This document shows, in pieces, positions 18,666 through 27,749 of a stretch of DNA of 64,000 nt. The notes beneath the pieces were generated by a model. The model was not told the DNA's origin. It was given only the letters and a program-made list of their open reading frames with translations, and made no database searches. Origin of the DNA: Candidatus Krumholzibacteriota bacterium (GTDB lineage: Bacteria; Krumholzibacteriota; Krumholzibacteriia; JAJRXK01). The position numbers and the translations under genes were made by a program. How positions within the stretch are numbered: position 1 is the stretch's first letter; the number at the start of each line of letters is the position of its first letter. Where the stretch lies: positions 8,801 to 72,800 of the forward strand of contig CAWDWO010000009.1 in the NCBI GenBank assembly GCA_963806035.1, given 5' to 3'.

Positions 18666-19661
18666 ATGAAGATTCCCTTTTCGCTCAGTCTCTCGGCGTG
18701 CCTCTTTCTTCTCGCATCGAGCCTACCCCTCTCCGCGGCGTCTGCCGCTTGGGATGGACAGAGCTGGGCGGACTATTCGCAGTTCTTGGGGCCCATCGAC
18801 GCCGGCATGAAGCAGAACCTGCGAACCATCCTGAGCAGCGGTCAGCAGCAGGGCCGTAGCGCGGGGCGCATGGGTCAGATCGGCGACTCCATCACCTACT
18901 CCGACGCCTATTTCCGCAACGCCGAGGCTTTCGATGTGACGAACAACGAAACCGGCCACGACTACGGTCCCATTCGCTCCTGGATCGCCTATGACAATAC
19001 GCAGCCGGCCGACGGAAATTCCTTCTACCGCGATCACGGAAAGGGAAGCGGCTACGGAAACGAGAGCGGATGGACCCTCTACCGCGCCATTTCGGACGGG
19101 CATCCCGACAAGTCGGTTCTGGTTGGAGACGGCACGACGCCCGGCAATTTCTCCTGGGTGCTCATCATGTTCGGCACCAACGACATCAACGACCCCAACT
19201 GGAACGCGAACGCCTGGAAGAGCATGTACCATGACTTCATCCAGGGGTACATCGATCTGGGAGTCATTCCGGTCCTGAGCACCATTCCTCCCTCGCTGGA
19301 GCACCTCGACGACGGACGCGTGGAACTCGCCAACCAAAAAGTGCTGGATCTCTCCAGCGAGATGCAGGTCCCCTACGTCGACTTCTACGCCCTGGTCATG
19401 TACTACCAGCCCAGTTCGTGGGTGAACTCCTTGATCTCCTCGGACGGCATCCATCCTTCGGCCGGGGGCGGTGGTGTCGATTTTTCCAGGGACGGACTGA
19501 CCTCCAGCGACGGCTACGCCGCCCGGACCAAGCTGAGCTTCGACATGGCCGAGAAGCTGCAGCGCATCGTATTCGACAACGGCACCCCCGACGGACAGCT
19601 CCCCGCGCCGGGACAGAGCACGGGTTCCTTCAAGTCAGGGTTTTCTGGAAGCGGCTACTGA
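18666..19661 (+). CDS. secreted SGNH/GDSL-family hydrolase
   Basis: The ATG at 18666 has a GGAG RBS. It begins the signal peptide MKIPFSLSLSACLFLLASSLPLSAASA. Motifs GDSIT, GTND and DGIHP are present. The long track ORF 17691-19661 is an upstream non-coding extension. Confidence 0.7.
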   Translation: MKIPFSLSLSACLFLLASSLPLSAASAAWDGQSWADYSQFLGPIDAGMKQNLRTILSSGQQQGRSAGRMGQIGDSITYSDAYFRNAEAFDVTNNETGHDYGPIRSWIAYDNTQPADGNSFYRDHGKGSGYGNESGWTLYRAISDGHPDKSVLVGDGTTPGNFSWVLIMFGTNDINDPNWNANAWKSMYHDFIQGYIDLGVIPVLSTIPPSLEHLDDGRVELANQKVLDLSSEMQVPYVDFYALVMYYQPSSWVNSLISSDGIHPSAGGGGVDFSRDGLTSSDGYAARTKLSFDMAEKLQRIVFDNGTPDGQLPAPGQSTGSFKSGFSGSGY

Positions 19662-19708
19662 GAATCCCGCGCTTGCCCTGGCGCGCTACGGACCCCTTCA
19701 ACGCAAAT

Positions 19709-22648
19709 TCAGGAGAGCTGCCCCCCGGGAGTCTCGCCCACCGGGTTCTGAGTGAAGCTGAGAACCGAAAGAGCGGCGGGTTGTCCGAGTTCTCGGATGG
19801 CCCACTCGTAGCGGGAATGCTGACAGGCCAAGAGCAGTACCTGTTGTTTGTCGGCAACGGTCGAGAGCAGCATCTTCAATCCGGCAATCAATCTTGCGTC
19901 GTCGGCGTGGGCGAAGGGGTCATCAAGAATCAGCGGCAGGGAACCCTCATCCCCGCTCAGAAGGTGGCTCACCGCCAAGCGCGCCGCGAGGTACACGCCG
20001 TCCCGGGCCCCCGCGCTGAGCTGCTGATCTACCTCGACCTTGGTCAAGAGCTTCTGCTCGTGCATCAATTCAAACTCGAGATTCTCGTTGAAGTGAATGT
20101 CGCGACTGCCCGTGCCCAGCCGCCCGAGGAGGACCTGGGCTTCCTGGTTGAGCTGGATTGCCCAGGCCGCGTAGGTTTCACGCGATATTTCGTTGAGCGC
20201 ATCGTGAGCCAGAGTCACCGCGTTCTTGAACTCTTGGGCGCGGCGCCGGGCCGCGCGCAGCTCTTCGAGCCGCGCATTCAGTGGCCCCACTTTCTCCTCG
20301 TAGTGGCGCAGAAATGCCCTGACCGTGGTGAGGGAGTCCTCGCGTCTCTGGGCTTCGAGCTGATCCTGCTCCGTGAGTTCACGCTCTCGATCCTCGAGTT
20401 TCTCGCGCAGCTCCCGGACGCTCAGCTCGGCGGGGAGAGTGATCTCCTGCGTCGACTCGATCGCGTGAACCGGCGCATCGTCCGCGTGAACCGGCGCATC
20501 GTCCGCGTGAGCCCTCAGCGCGGATTCGGCCTCTTGCACACTCTGCCGCAGCTCCGCCAGAGTCCCCTCGCCGGGGGTGCTCTCTTTGAGCTTGGGTAGG
20601 CTGAGGTTGCGCCGGGATCTCGCTTCTTCTGCCGCCCTCGTTTTCTCCTTCAACTTGCGCGCGCTCTGATGCGCGTCGTCTTCGTCGAGAAGCTCCACCA
20701 GGCAGCGTTCGAGGGCTTCCCGCGCCTGAGTCCGGCGCTCCTTCAGGGCCTGGTCCTTCTCCTCGGCAAGTTCGCGGCGACTCCGCGCATTGGCCTCCGC
20801 CACCTCCGCCGCCGCGGTGAGCTTCATCACTTCGCGCAGCTCATTCAGCTTCTGCTCGAGCTCGTCCGCCTTGGGTTTGCCTCCAAAGACTTCCCAAGCC
20901 TCGCTCACGCTCTTCAGCGTTTCTTCCTCTTGCTTTTCGCACTCGAGCTGGCGTTCGTCGATCCCCGCCAGAGTATCCAGGTTACGCTCAACCAGCCGCA
21001 GCGACTGATAGCGCGTGTAGAGCTCGTCGGTGGGAATGCCCAGACGATAGGCGAGATCCTGCCAGGCCAGTTCGTGCTCCTGGTTCCTCTCTTCGATTTC
21101 GTGCACTTTTTTACTGCCATCTGCCACTCGACCGGCGGCAACCGATTCCTCTTCCGCACGCATGCCCTTGGCGCTCACGAGGAAGTAGAGGCCCAGAGTG
21201 ATCACGGCCCCTGCCAGATAGGGGAGAAAGCTCGTGATCGAAGCGAAGCTCTGCGGAAGAAGGAGTCCGGTGGCGAGGAGTGCAGCACCCACCGCGGCGG
21301 TGACGCCTCCCCATCTTCTCCTTCGCATTCGCGCTGCACGGATTTCGTCGAGCTGCCGCTGCCACAGCGAAAGGTCCTGCCGTGAGTTTTCCCTCAGCTC
21401 GTCGATCTCGAGGTCCCTGCGGGTGTGACTCTGCAGGAGTTCACGGTCTTCCTCGGTGAGGTACTGCAGCGCCTCGAGCATGGTGCTGGCCTGATCGGGA
21501 TCGAAACCCTCTTCGCGGATCGCCTCGCGTTCCCGCTGTGCCCGCTCTTCCAGGCGCTCCCGATCCTTGCGAATGTCTTTCAGACGAGCGCTGGCGTTCG
21601 AGAACGCCTCGACATCTTCCGCGCGGGGCAGGCGCTTCAGGCCAAGTTCATCACGAGCACGCTGTTTTTCGCCGCATTCGGCTTCGGCCTCGCGCGCGTC
21701 CTTGGAGTAGGATTCCGCGGTTCGCTGGGCCCCCTGCCAGCGGTTACACGCCGTTTCCGCCTCCTGAAAGCTCTCCGGGCTCAGCGCGGCGAGTTCCGCC
21801 TCCTCCTCTACTTTGCGCTGCAACTCCGCCAGCTCTTCCCGCCGCTGCTCGAGCGCGGCGAGCTCCTCCTCGAGCTCGCGCAATCGCAGACGCAGGCGCG
21901 CTCTCTCGATCGCTCCGCGCAGGGCCTGTCGCTCCTGCTTGCGTGACTCGCTCTTTCGCAGCGCTTCGATGCGATCGCTCAGGGCTTGGCGTTGCTCATG
22001 AAGCTCGCCGAGCTCGTTCTCGATGTCCGCGATATCCTTGTCACAGCGCGCGATCTCCGTTTCGACCTTGCCCTTGCCGGCCAGAGTGGTGCCCTCGTAT
22101 TCGGCCAGGCCCTTTTCCAGGGCGCGCAGCGCGGCGGCCGCCGTCGATTCGAGCGATTGCGAATCGGCCATGCGCTGAATGGCCTCGCTCAGGCCCGAGG
22201 CATCCCCCCAGCCGACTTCGCCCTGGCGGATGAACGCACTGTGCAGAAAGTGTTCGCGGGAGATTCCGAGCAGCAGCTCGCCGACCTGCACGTGTTTTCC
22301 GCTGCGAAAGCGGTCGCTGATGTTCTCGCCCGCCGCGAGCACGCGCACCGAATCCTCGCGGAAATCCCGCTCGATGGTGAGTTCCTCCGCGCCGTGCCGC
22401 AGGCGCAGCACCAGGCCGTAGGGCCCTCCGTCCCAGGGACGGTAGACCTCCCACTCACTCAGCTTGCCCTTGGCGCGCCGCCTGTCCTTGTTCAGACCGT
22501 AGAGCGCGGCGAGAATTGCCTCCATCAGCGTGGTCTTGCCCGCCTCGTTGCGCTCGAGCAAAAGACCGAGCTTGCCCGCGCCGGGATCGAGGGAGTACTC
22601 CCCGCGGAGTTGGCCGAATCCCTTGATGCTCAGCTGCAGAATGCGCAT
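19709..22648 (-). CDS. SbcC/Rad50-like coiled-coil ATPase (YhaN/SbcE-like)
   Basis: N-terminal Walker A (NEAGKTTLMEAI), a long coiled-coil, and a C-terminal signature/Walker B (LILDDPFAHAD). Its start overlaps the stop of the upstream phosphoesterase as TAATG. Confidence 0.7.
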   Translation of the reverse strand: MRILQLSIKGFGQLRGEYSLDPGAGKLGLLLERNEAGKTTLMEAILAALYGLNKDRRRAKGKLSEWEVYRPWDGGPYGLVLRLRHGAEELTIERDFREDSVRVLAAGENISDRFRSGKHVQVGELLLGISREHFLHSAFIRQGEVGWGDASGLSEAIQRMADSQSLESTAAAALRALEKGLAEYEGTTLAGKGKVETEIARCDKDIADIENELGELHEQRQALSDRIEALRKSESRKQERQALRGAIERARLRLRLRELEEELAALEQRREELAELQRKVEEEAELAALSPESFQEAETACNRWQGAQRTAESYSKDAREAEAECGEKQRARDELGLKRLPRAEDVEAFSNASARLKDIRKDRERLEERAQREREAIREEGFDPDQASTMLEALQYLTEEDRELLQSHTRRDLEIDELRENSRQDLSLWQRQLDEIRAARMRRRRWGGVTAAVGAALLATGLLLPQSFASITSFLPYLAGAVITLGLYFLVSAKGMRAEEESVAAGRVADGSKKVHEIEERNQEHELAWQDLAYRLGIPTDELYTRYQSLRLVERNLDTLAGIDERQLECEKQEEETLKSVSEAWEVFGGKPKADELEQKLNELREVMKLTAAAEVAEANARSRRELAEEKDQALKERRTQAREALERCLVELLDEDDAHQSARKLKEKTRAAEEARSRRNLSLPKLKESTPGEGTLAELRQSVQEAESALRAHADDAPVHADDAPVHAIESTQEITLPAELSVRELREKLEDRERELTEQDQLEAQRREDSLTTVRAFLRHYEEKVGPLNARLEELRAARRRAQEFKNAVTLAHDALNEISRETYAAWAIQLNQEAQVLLGRLGTGSRDIHFNENLEFELMHEQKLLTKVEVDQQLSAGARDGVYLAARLAVSHLLSGDEGSLPLILDDPFAHADDARLIAGLKMLLSTVADKQQVLLLACQHSRYEWAIRELGQPAALSVLSFTQNPVGETPGGQLS
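20463..20504. repeat. perfect 21-nt tandem duplication inside the SbcC-like CDS (encodes HADDAPV x2)
   Basis: gcgtgaaccggcgcatcgtcc repeated twice back-to-back. It is in-frame and lies in a low-complexity linker. Confidence 0.6.
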
Positions 22649-23844
22649 TAGGCCTCGTAGTGGCTGTCCAAACGCCCCGTGGAAAGAGCATCCAGGCCGT
22701 AGAGCAGCGCGCGACGCACGGTCTCGGCCTCCTCCCCCTCGCTCTCCTTCAGCCGCTGGCGCAACTGCGCCACGAAGCGCTCCTCGGTGGTGCGAGCTTC
22801 GCTGAGCGGAGGATAGCGGTCCAGATCGACGTCCGGCGTGAGATGAGAGAGGTCGCTCACGAAGTGGAAATAGCGCGAGGCGATCTCTTCGAGAAAGCCG
22901 AGTTCGAGTCCTCGCGCGCGCCGCCCCGAGAGTTTGAGGTACACCAGGTCCTGCTCACGCGCGCCGCTCTGTCCCAGAGCTTCTTCCACTCTGGCCTGCG
23001 CGGCGTCCATGTACCTACAGGACGAGAGTTCGCAGTCGACCACGCGAAGCTCTCGAGGATCCAGCGGTACGAACTCCGGATGGGGGCCGGATTCGTCGAG
23101 TTCCACCACGAGCGCGCCCTTCTGGCCGAGTTCGTCCAGGCCCGCGGCCAGGAGGCTGCCGCTGTAGGCTCCGATCGCTACGCCGCTCGCACCGTGAAGA
23201 ACTTGGTGCTGGTGGTAGTGCCCCAGGGCGGTCCAGGCAAAACCCTGCGCGCGCAGTTCATCCTCGCTGAAGGGGTAGGTCGCCTTCTGGCTCTGCAGAT
23301 AGCCGCCGTCGTCACGGCTGCCGTGGAAAAGAAGGATCGGAATTTCACTCCGCGGCCGCTCGACGGGACTCGCCAATCGGCGCAGGCTGCTCGGCAGATT
23401 CGCCGCCACTCCACAGGCGGTGACCGAAATTTCCGGCCGCTGGGGCCACGGCACGCTGCGAAAATCCTCGTGCGCGAAGAGCTGTACGTTCTCCGGCCAG
23501 CGGAAGTCGCGCGTCCCCTCGCCCTGTTCCTGGCGGTACGGGGAGACCCCTCCGTAGGCGTCGTGGTTGCCGGGGGCCAAAAAGACCGGTTTGGGAGCAA
23601 TCGAAGCCAGAGTTTCGGCCACGAAGCGCAGGGTGTCGCTCTTGACCAGTTCGTCGTCGAAGAGGTCGCCGGGAATCAGGACACCGTCCAGATTCCGTTC
23701 CTTTACCAGCGCAAAGGCGGCGCGGAAGGCCTCGCGCCGCTCGCGTTCGCGCTGGGAGGCCCTGCGCGAATCCAGGCGCAGCTTGCCGGCGCGAAGAGGG
23801 GCGTCGAAATGAACGTCGGAGAGTTGCAGGAATCTCAAACTCAC
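22648..23844 (-). CDS. calcineurin-like metallophosphoesterase, SbcD/Mre11-like (YhaO/SbcF-like)
   Basis: N-terminal LQLSDVHFD and GDLFD...GNHD phosphoesterase motifs. It is translationally coupled to the downstream ATPase gene. Confidence 0.7.
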   Translation of the reverse strand: MSLRFLQLSDVHFDAPLRAGKLRLDSRRASQRERERREAFRAAFALVKERNLDGVLIPGDLFDDELVKSDTLRFVAETLASIAPKPVFLAPGNHDAYGGVSPYRQEQGEGTRDFRWPENVQLFAHEDFRSVPWPQRPEISVTACGVAANLPSSLRRLASPVERPRSEIPILLFHGSRDDGGYLQSQKATYPFSEDELRAQGFAWTALGHYHQHQVLHGASGVAIGAYSGSLLAAGLDELGQKGALVVELDESGPHPEFVPLDPRELRVVDCELSSCRYMDAAQARVEEALGQSGAREQDLVYLKLSGRRARGLELGFLEEIASRYFHFVSDLSHLTPDVDLDRYPPLSEARTTEERFVAQLRQRLKESEGEEAETVRRALLYGLDALSTGRLDSHYEA

Positions 23845-23922
23845 GGCGAAGGGCCTTTCGAAACGAAACCCGGCGACCGTGAGTACGGCCGCCGGATTCT
23901 CAGGGGCTTCCGTCTTCCCCCG

Positions 23923-25326
23923 TCAACGCGTTCGCATCTGTTGTCTGGAGAAATAGTCCTTCGTCAGCCTGACTAAAACTCCCGAGAGTGCGAACACGCC
24001 AATCAAATTGGGCAACGACATGAGCCCGAGCGTGATGTCCGCGAAATTCCAGACCAGCTCGAGGGACCAGATCGCACCCAGGAACTGAAAGACCACGAAA
24101 ACCCAACGATAGATGGGCCGGGCCTGTGCGCCCCAAAGGTAATCAACGGCTCGATCACCATAGTAGGACCAAGTCACCGATGTAGAAAAAGCATAAAATG
24201 GAATCGAGAGAGTAACAATGTATTTTCCGTATTCCCCGAGCAGCGGATGAAGTCCTTTGGTGAATGCCCACGAGGTGAGAACTGCCCCATTGAGCGCTTC
24301 GCCCGTCACCGGATCCACTGCTTCGCGCCATGAGTTCGTGAGAATGATCACGAGTCCCGTCATGGTGCAGATGACGAGGGTATCGATGAAGGGCCCCGCC
24401 ATCGCCACCAGCCCCTCGCGCACCGGTTCCTTCGTCTTGGCCGCGGCATGCGCGATGGGCGCGCTTCCCTGACCCGCTTCGTTGGAGAACAGCCCCCGCT
24501 TGATTCCCCATTGCAGGGTGATCGCCACGGTAGCGCCGACGAATCCGCCGGCGGCCGCGGTGGGATGGAAGGCCTCGTAGACGATGAGACGCAAGGAGGG
24601 CAGGATCTCGTGGTAGTTGAGCGCCAGCAGGGTCACGGCGCCCCCCACGTAAAACACCGACATGAAGGGCACGAGACGGCTCGCGACCTGACCGATGCGC
24701 TTGATGCCGCCCACGATGACCAGGGCGAGCAGCGCGGCCAGAACCACTCCGGTGATCCAGGTGGGCACGCCCAGATCGGCCTGGAGATTGCCCGCGACAG
24801 TATTGCTCTGGACGATGTTGGCCGAGCCCATGCTGGCCACCACGGTCAAAAACGCGAAGCTGACCGCCATCCACTTCCAGCGCGGTCCCAGGCCCTTTTC
24901 GATGAAGTACATCGCCCCGCCCGCCGCCGAGCCGTCGGGCTGGATATCGCGAAAGTGATGGGACAGGGTGCACTCGGCGTACTTGGTGGCCATGCCCACG
25001 AAGGCGGAGACCCACATCCAGAACAGTGCGCCGGGTCCTCCGATGTGCATGGCGGTGGCGACGCCAGCGATGTTCCCGATCCCGATGGTCGCGCTGAGTG
25101 CCGCGGAGAGCGCCTGGAAGTGGTTGATGTCCCCCTCATCCTCGGGGTTGTCGTACTTGCCACGAATGATGTTGAAGGCATGCTTGAAATGGCGCAACTG
25201 AATGAAGCGCGACAATAGGGTGAGGTAGATGCCTCCCCCCAGAATGAGGATGATCAGCGGAAGTCCCCACAAGAAGTTCGAGATGCTCTTCAGAATGATG
25301 GTGATTTCTTGGAGCATGCGGGACAA
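23923..25326 (-). CDS. alanine/glycine:cation symporter (AGCS family)
   Basis: Conserved N-terminal region GGPGALFWMWVSAFVGMATKYAE typical of sodium:alanine symporters. 467 aa and polytopic. Confidence 0.85.
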   Translation of the reverse strand: MSRMLQEITIILKSISNFLWGLPLIILILGGGIYLTLLSRFIQLRHFKHAFNIIRGKYDNPEDEGDINHFQALSAALSATIGIGNIAGVATAMHIGGPGALFWMWVSAFVGMATKYAECTLSHHFRDIQPDGSAAGGAMYFIEKGLGPRWKWMAVSFAFLTVVASMGSANIVQSNTVAGNLQADLGVPTWITGVVLAALLALVIVGGIKRIGQVASRLVPFMSVFYVGGAVTLLALNYHEILPSLRLIVYEAFHPTAAAGGFVGATVAITLQWGIKRGLFSNEAGQGSAPIAHAAAKTKEPVREGLVAMAGPFIDTLVICTMTGLVIILTNSWREAVDPVTGEALNGAVLTSWAFTKGLHPLLGEYGKYIVTLSIPFYAFSTSVTWSYYGDRAVDYLWGAQARPIYRWVFVVFQFLGAIWSLELVWNFADITLGLMSLPNLIGVFALSGVLVRLTKDYFSRQQMRTR

Positions 25327-25429
25327 GCGGGGCGTGTTCGGGGAAATCCGCGCGCTTTCGCGAAACGCTCAGGAAAAGTAACCCGCCCACTCGCGAGGGG
25401 TCAAGCGTTCCCGGTGCGAGGGCGGGCCT

Positions 25430-27735
25430 TCACAGCCGAATCGCGTAGCTCAGTTTCACGGTGAGATCGCCGCGGCGCGGGGCGAAATTCTGTTCGTTGT
25501 CGGTCCGTTCATCGGTGAACACCAGGTAGAAATCGCTCTCGTCGCCAAAGAGATAGTGTAGACGCGCCTGGCTCAGAACTGCGTTCGAAGCGCTGTTCCA
25601 TTGCGAAAACAGCGCCAGGCTGAGCGAATTCGAGAAGTCCAGCGCGAGCCGCGCACGCACGATCTTGGCGCGAAAACGCTGCTCGACGCCGCTCGGAAGA
25701 TCGTCGCGGTGCAAGCGGTGGCTCTCCCCCTGAAGCGAGAGTGCCAGATGAGGCGCGAGCCTTCCCGTTGCCTCCGCGCTCAGACTGTTGAGGGTGCCGT
25801 CGAAGTAGTCCCCCAGTTCGCCTTCGGCCTTCAGAGCAAAGGGAAGCGAGGGATTGGAGCCGAGGCTGAATCCCACCCGGTGGAAGTGATAGTCCCCCTG
25901 GGGAAAGGCGACCTCGCCCAGGGGAAATTCCTCGAAGAGCCGCTCGAAGGAGTCGCTGAGGTAGAGCGAGAGGACCTGATCGTCGCGGCCGATGAGGTTG
26001 CCCTGCAGCCACAGGTTGCGTGAGGAGAAGGTGCCGTCCCGCCGATCGATCCACTCGCCGTACACGAAGGTCTCGGCGCTGCGCAACAGTCCCCAGTTGG
26101 GTTCGGGCGTCCACCCCAGCTCGGTGATGTGGCGCTCGATGTCCCGGCGCGGCAAAAATCCCACCCTTGGCGAGTAGTCGCGCCCGTAGACCTCGTAAAT
26201 GTAGTTTCCGTAGTACAGAGGGCGACTGTAACGGACCCGCGCGCCCCAGCTGCCATGATCGGGGCCCGCGCGGGGTTGATCGGAGAAGGCCTGCGGATCG
26301 TTGAAGAGCCCCTCTTTGCTCTCGTTGCTGAAGGAGCCATAGGCGGCGATGTCCAGGTCTTCGCCGGGCCTCAGGTCACAGTCCAGCCCGAAGACGCGGT
26401 TGTAGATGCTTCCCCCCTGGGCCGCTCGGGAGACGAAAATCCCCCCCACTCGATTGCGCTGCCCGATGTCCCGGCTCACTCGCGCCACGTCGAAACGATA
26501 GTCCGGCGACTCCGCGCGCCCTTTGGACTTCAGATCGAGAAATCCCAGATCGGTTCGGCCCAGCTTTCCCGTGAGACGGGTACCGTACTCGATGGGAACC
26601 GTCTCGAAATTCGGGTTGAGACCGATACGACGGCTGAAAAAAGCGCGGTTGTCCGGCGAGCCGAAGGAAAAGTAGTCGCGGTTCTCCAGGAAGAACTCGC
26701 GCTTTTCCGGGTAGTAGAGGGGAAAGCGGGTGAGATTCACCTGCTCGTCGTCGACCTCGACCTGCGCGAAATCGGTGTTCACGGTGACGTCGAGGGTCAG
26801 ATTGGAGGAGAGTCCCAGCTTGAGGTCGTAGCCCACCGCTCCATCGGTCGACCAGTCGTCATGGCTGAAGGCCGAGGGGTCGCCGGCGTCCCCGCGCGCG
26901 AGTGACCCCAACACGTAGGGGCGCAGCAGGATGTTGCTTCCCGGCGCGATGTCCGTTAGCCCCTGAAGGACGCCGGCCTGACTCACGCGCATGATGTCGA
27001 AATGCCGCCCGATGGGGGCCCACATGCTCTGTTCGTTGCCCAGGCGGCGCTGCCGTTCGAAATTGATTCCCATGCTGAGAGTACTTGCCGAGGAAAAACG
27101 CAGGGTCCGCCACGGGATCTCGATTTCTCCCTGCCAGCCCTCGTCGGTCAGACGGCACGCCGCGCTCCACACTCCATCCCAGTCGACGTTGAATTGATCG
27201 CTCGCCCCCTCGGCGCGAAAGAGCGCGTCACGACGCATTCCGTTGGGATTCACCTGGAAGAAGAAACCGTTCTGCAGGTCGTGGTAGGTATCCAAGACCA
27301 CCGTGAAGTCAGTCGTCGGCCGAAATGTCCGCGTCGCGCCCGAGGACGCGATGGACGATCTCCTGCGGATGATCGTCGAAACAGACGAAACCCAGATAGA
27401 GCGCGCGAGTGGTGTAGACGATCGCCACCCTCGTGGGCTGGCTCGCGGGCTCTCCGCTCTGCGGGCGTTGCTGCACGAAACCGCTCGCGACCGCAGCCTC
27501 TTTCCAGAGCGGTTCATCCAGGATTCCGTCGATTCTGGGCGCATCGCTGACGCGCACCGCGCGCAGGGGAGCGCACGGCCAGAAGCTCGCTCTCCGGCGA
27601 ACTCATCGCGCGCTCTGGGTCCTTGGCCAGGGAATCGCAGCTGAAGAGGCAAGAGTAGAGCGCGAGGAGCAAGAGCAGAAACGGCCCACGCGCTTGGGAG
27701 AGCTTCTTCAAGCGAGAAAGAACGAACGTCATCAA
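25430..27735 (-). pseudogene. DUF5916/CBM9-like secreted hydrolase gene split over three reading frames
   Basis: A signal peptide (MMTFVLSRLKKLSQARGPFLLLLLALYSCLFS) lies in frame 0 (27735-27514). The conserved N-terminal domain (RVSDAPRIDGILDEPLWKEA...YLGFVCFDD) lies in frame 2 (27557-27309) and ends at a TGA. The body (DFTVVLDTYHD...) lies in frame 1 (about 27300-25430). Both shifts are in the same direction. Confidence 0.5.
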
Positions 27736-27749
27736 GACCCCTCGGCCGC

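Noticed and set aside
17691-19661. 656-aa plus-strand ORF
   Set aside because: Only the last 332 codons (from the ATG at 18666, which has an RBS and a signal peptide) are a plausible gene. The upstream part overlaps the rhomboid gene antisense.
27309-27311. TGA terminating the 82-aa DUF5916 N-terminal fragment, considered as a possible second selenocysteine codon
   Set aside because: Downstream homology (FTVVLDTYHD...) continues in a different reading frame. This is a frameshift, not UGA readthrough.
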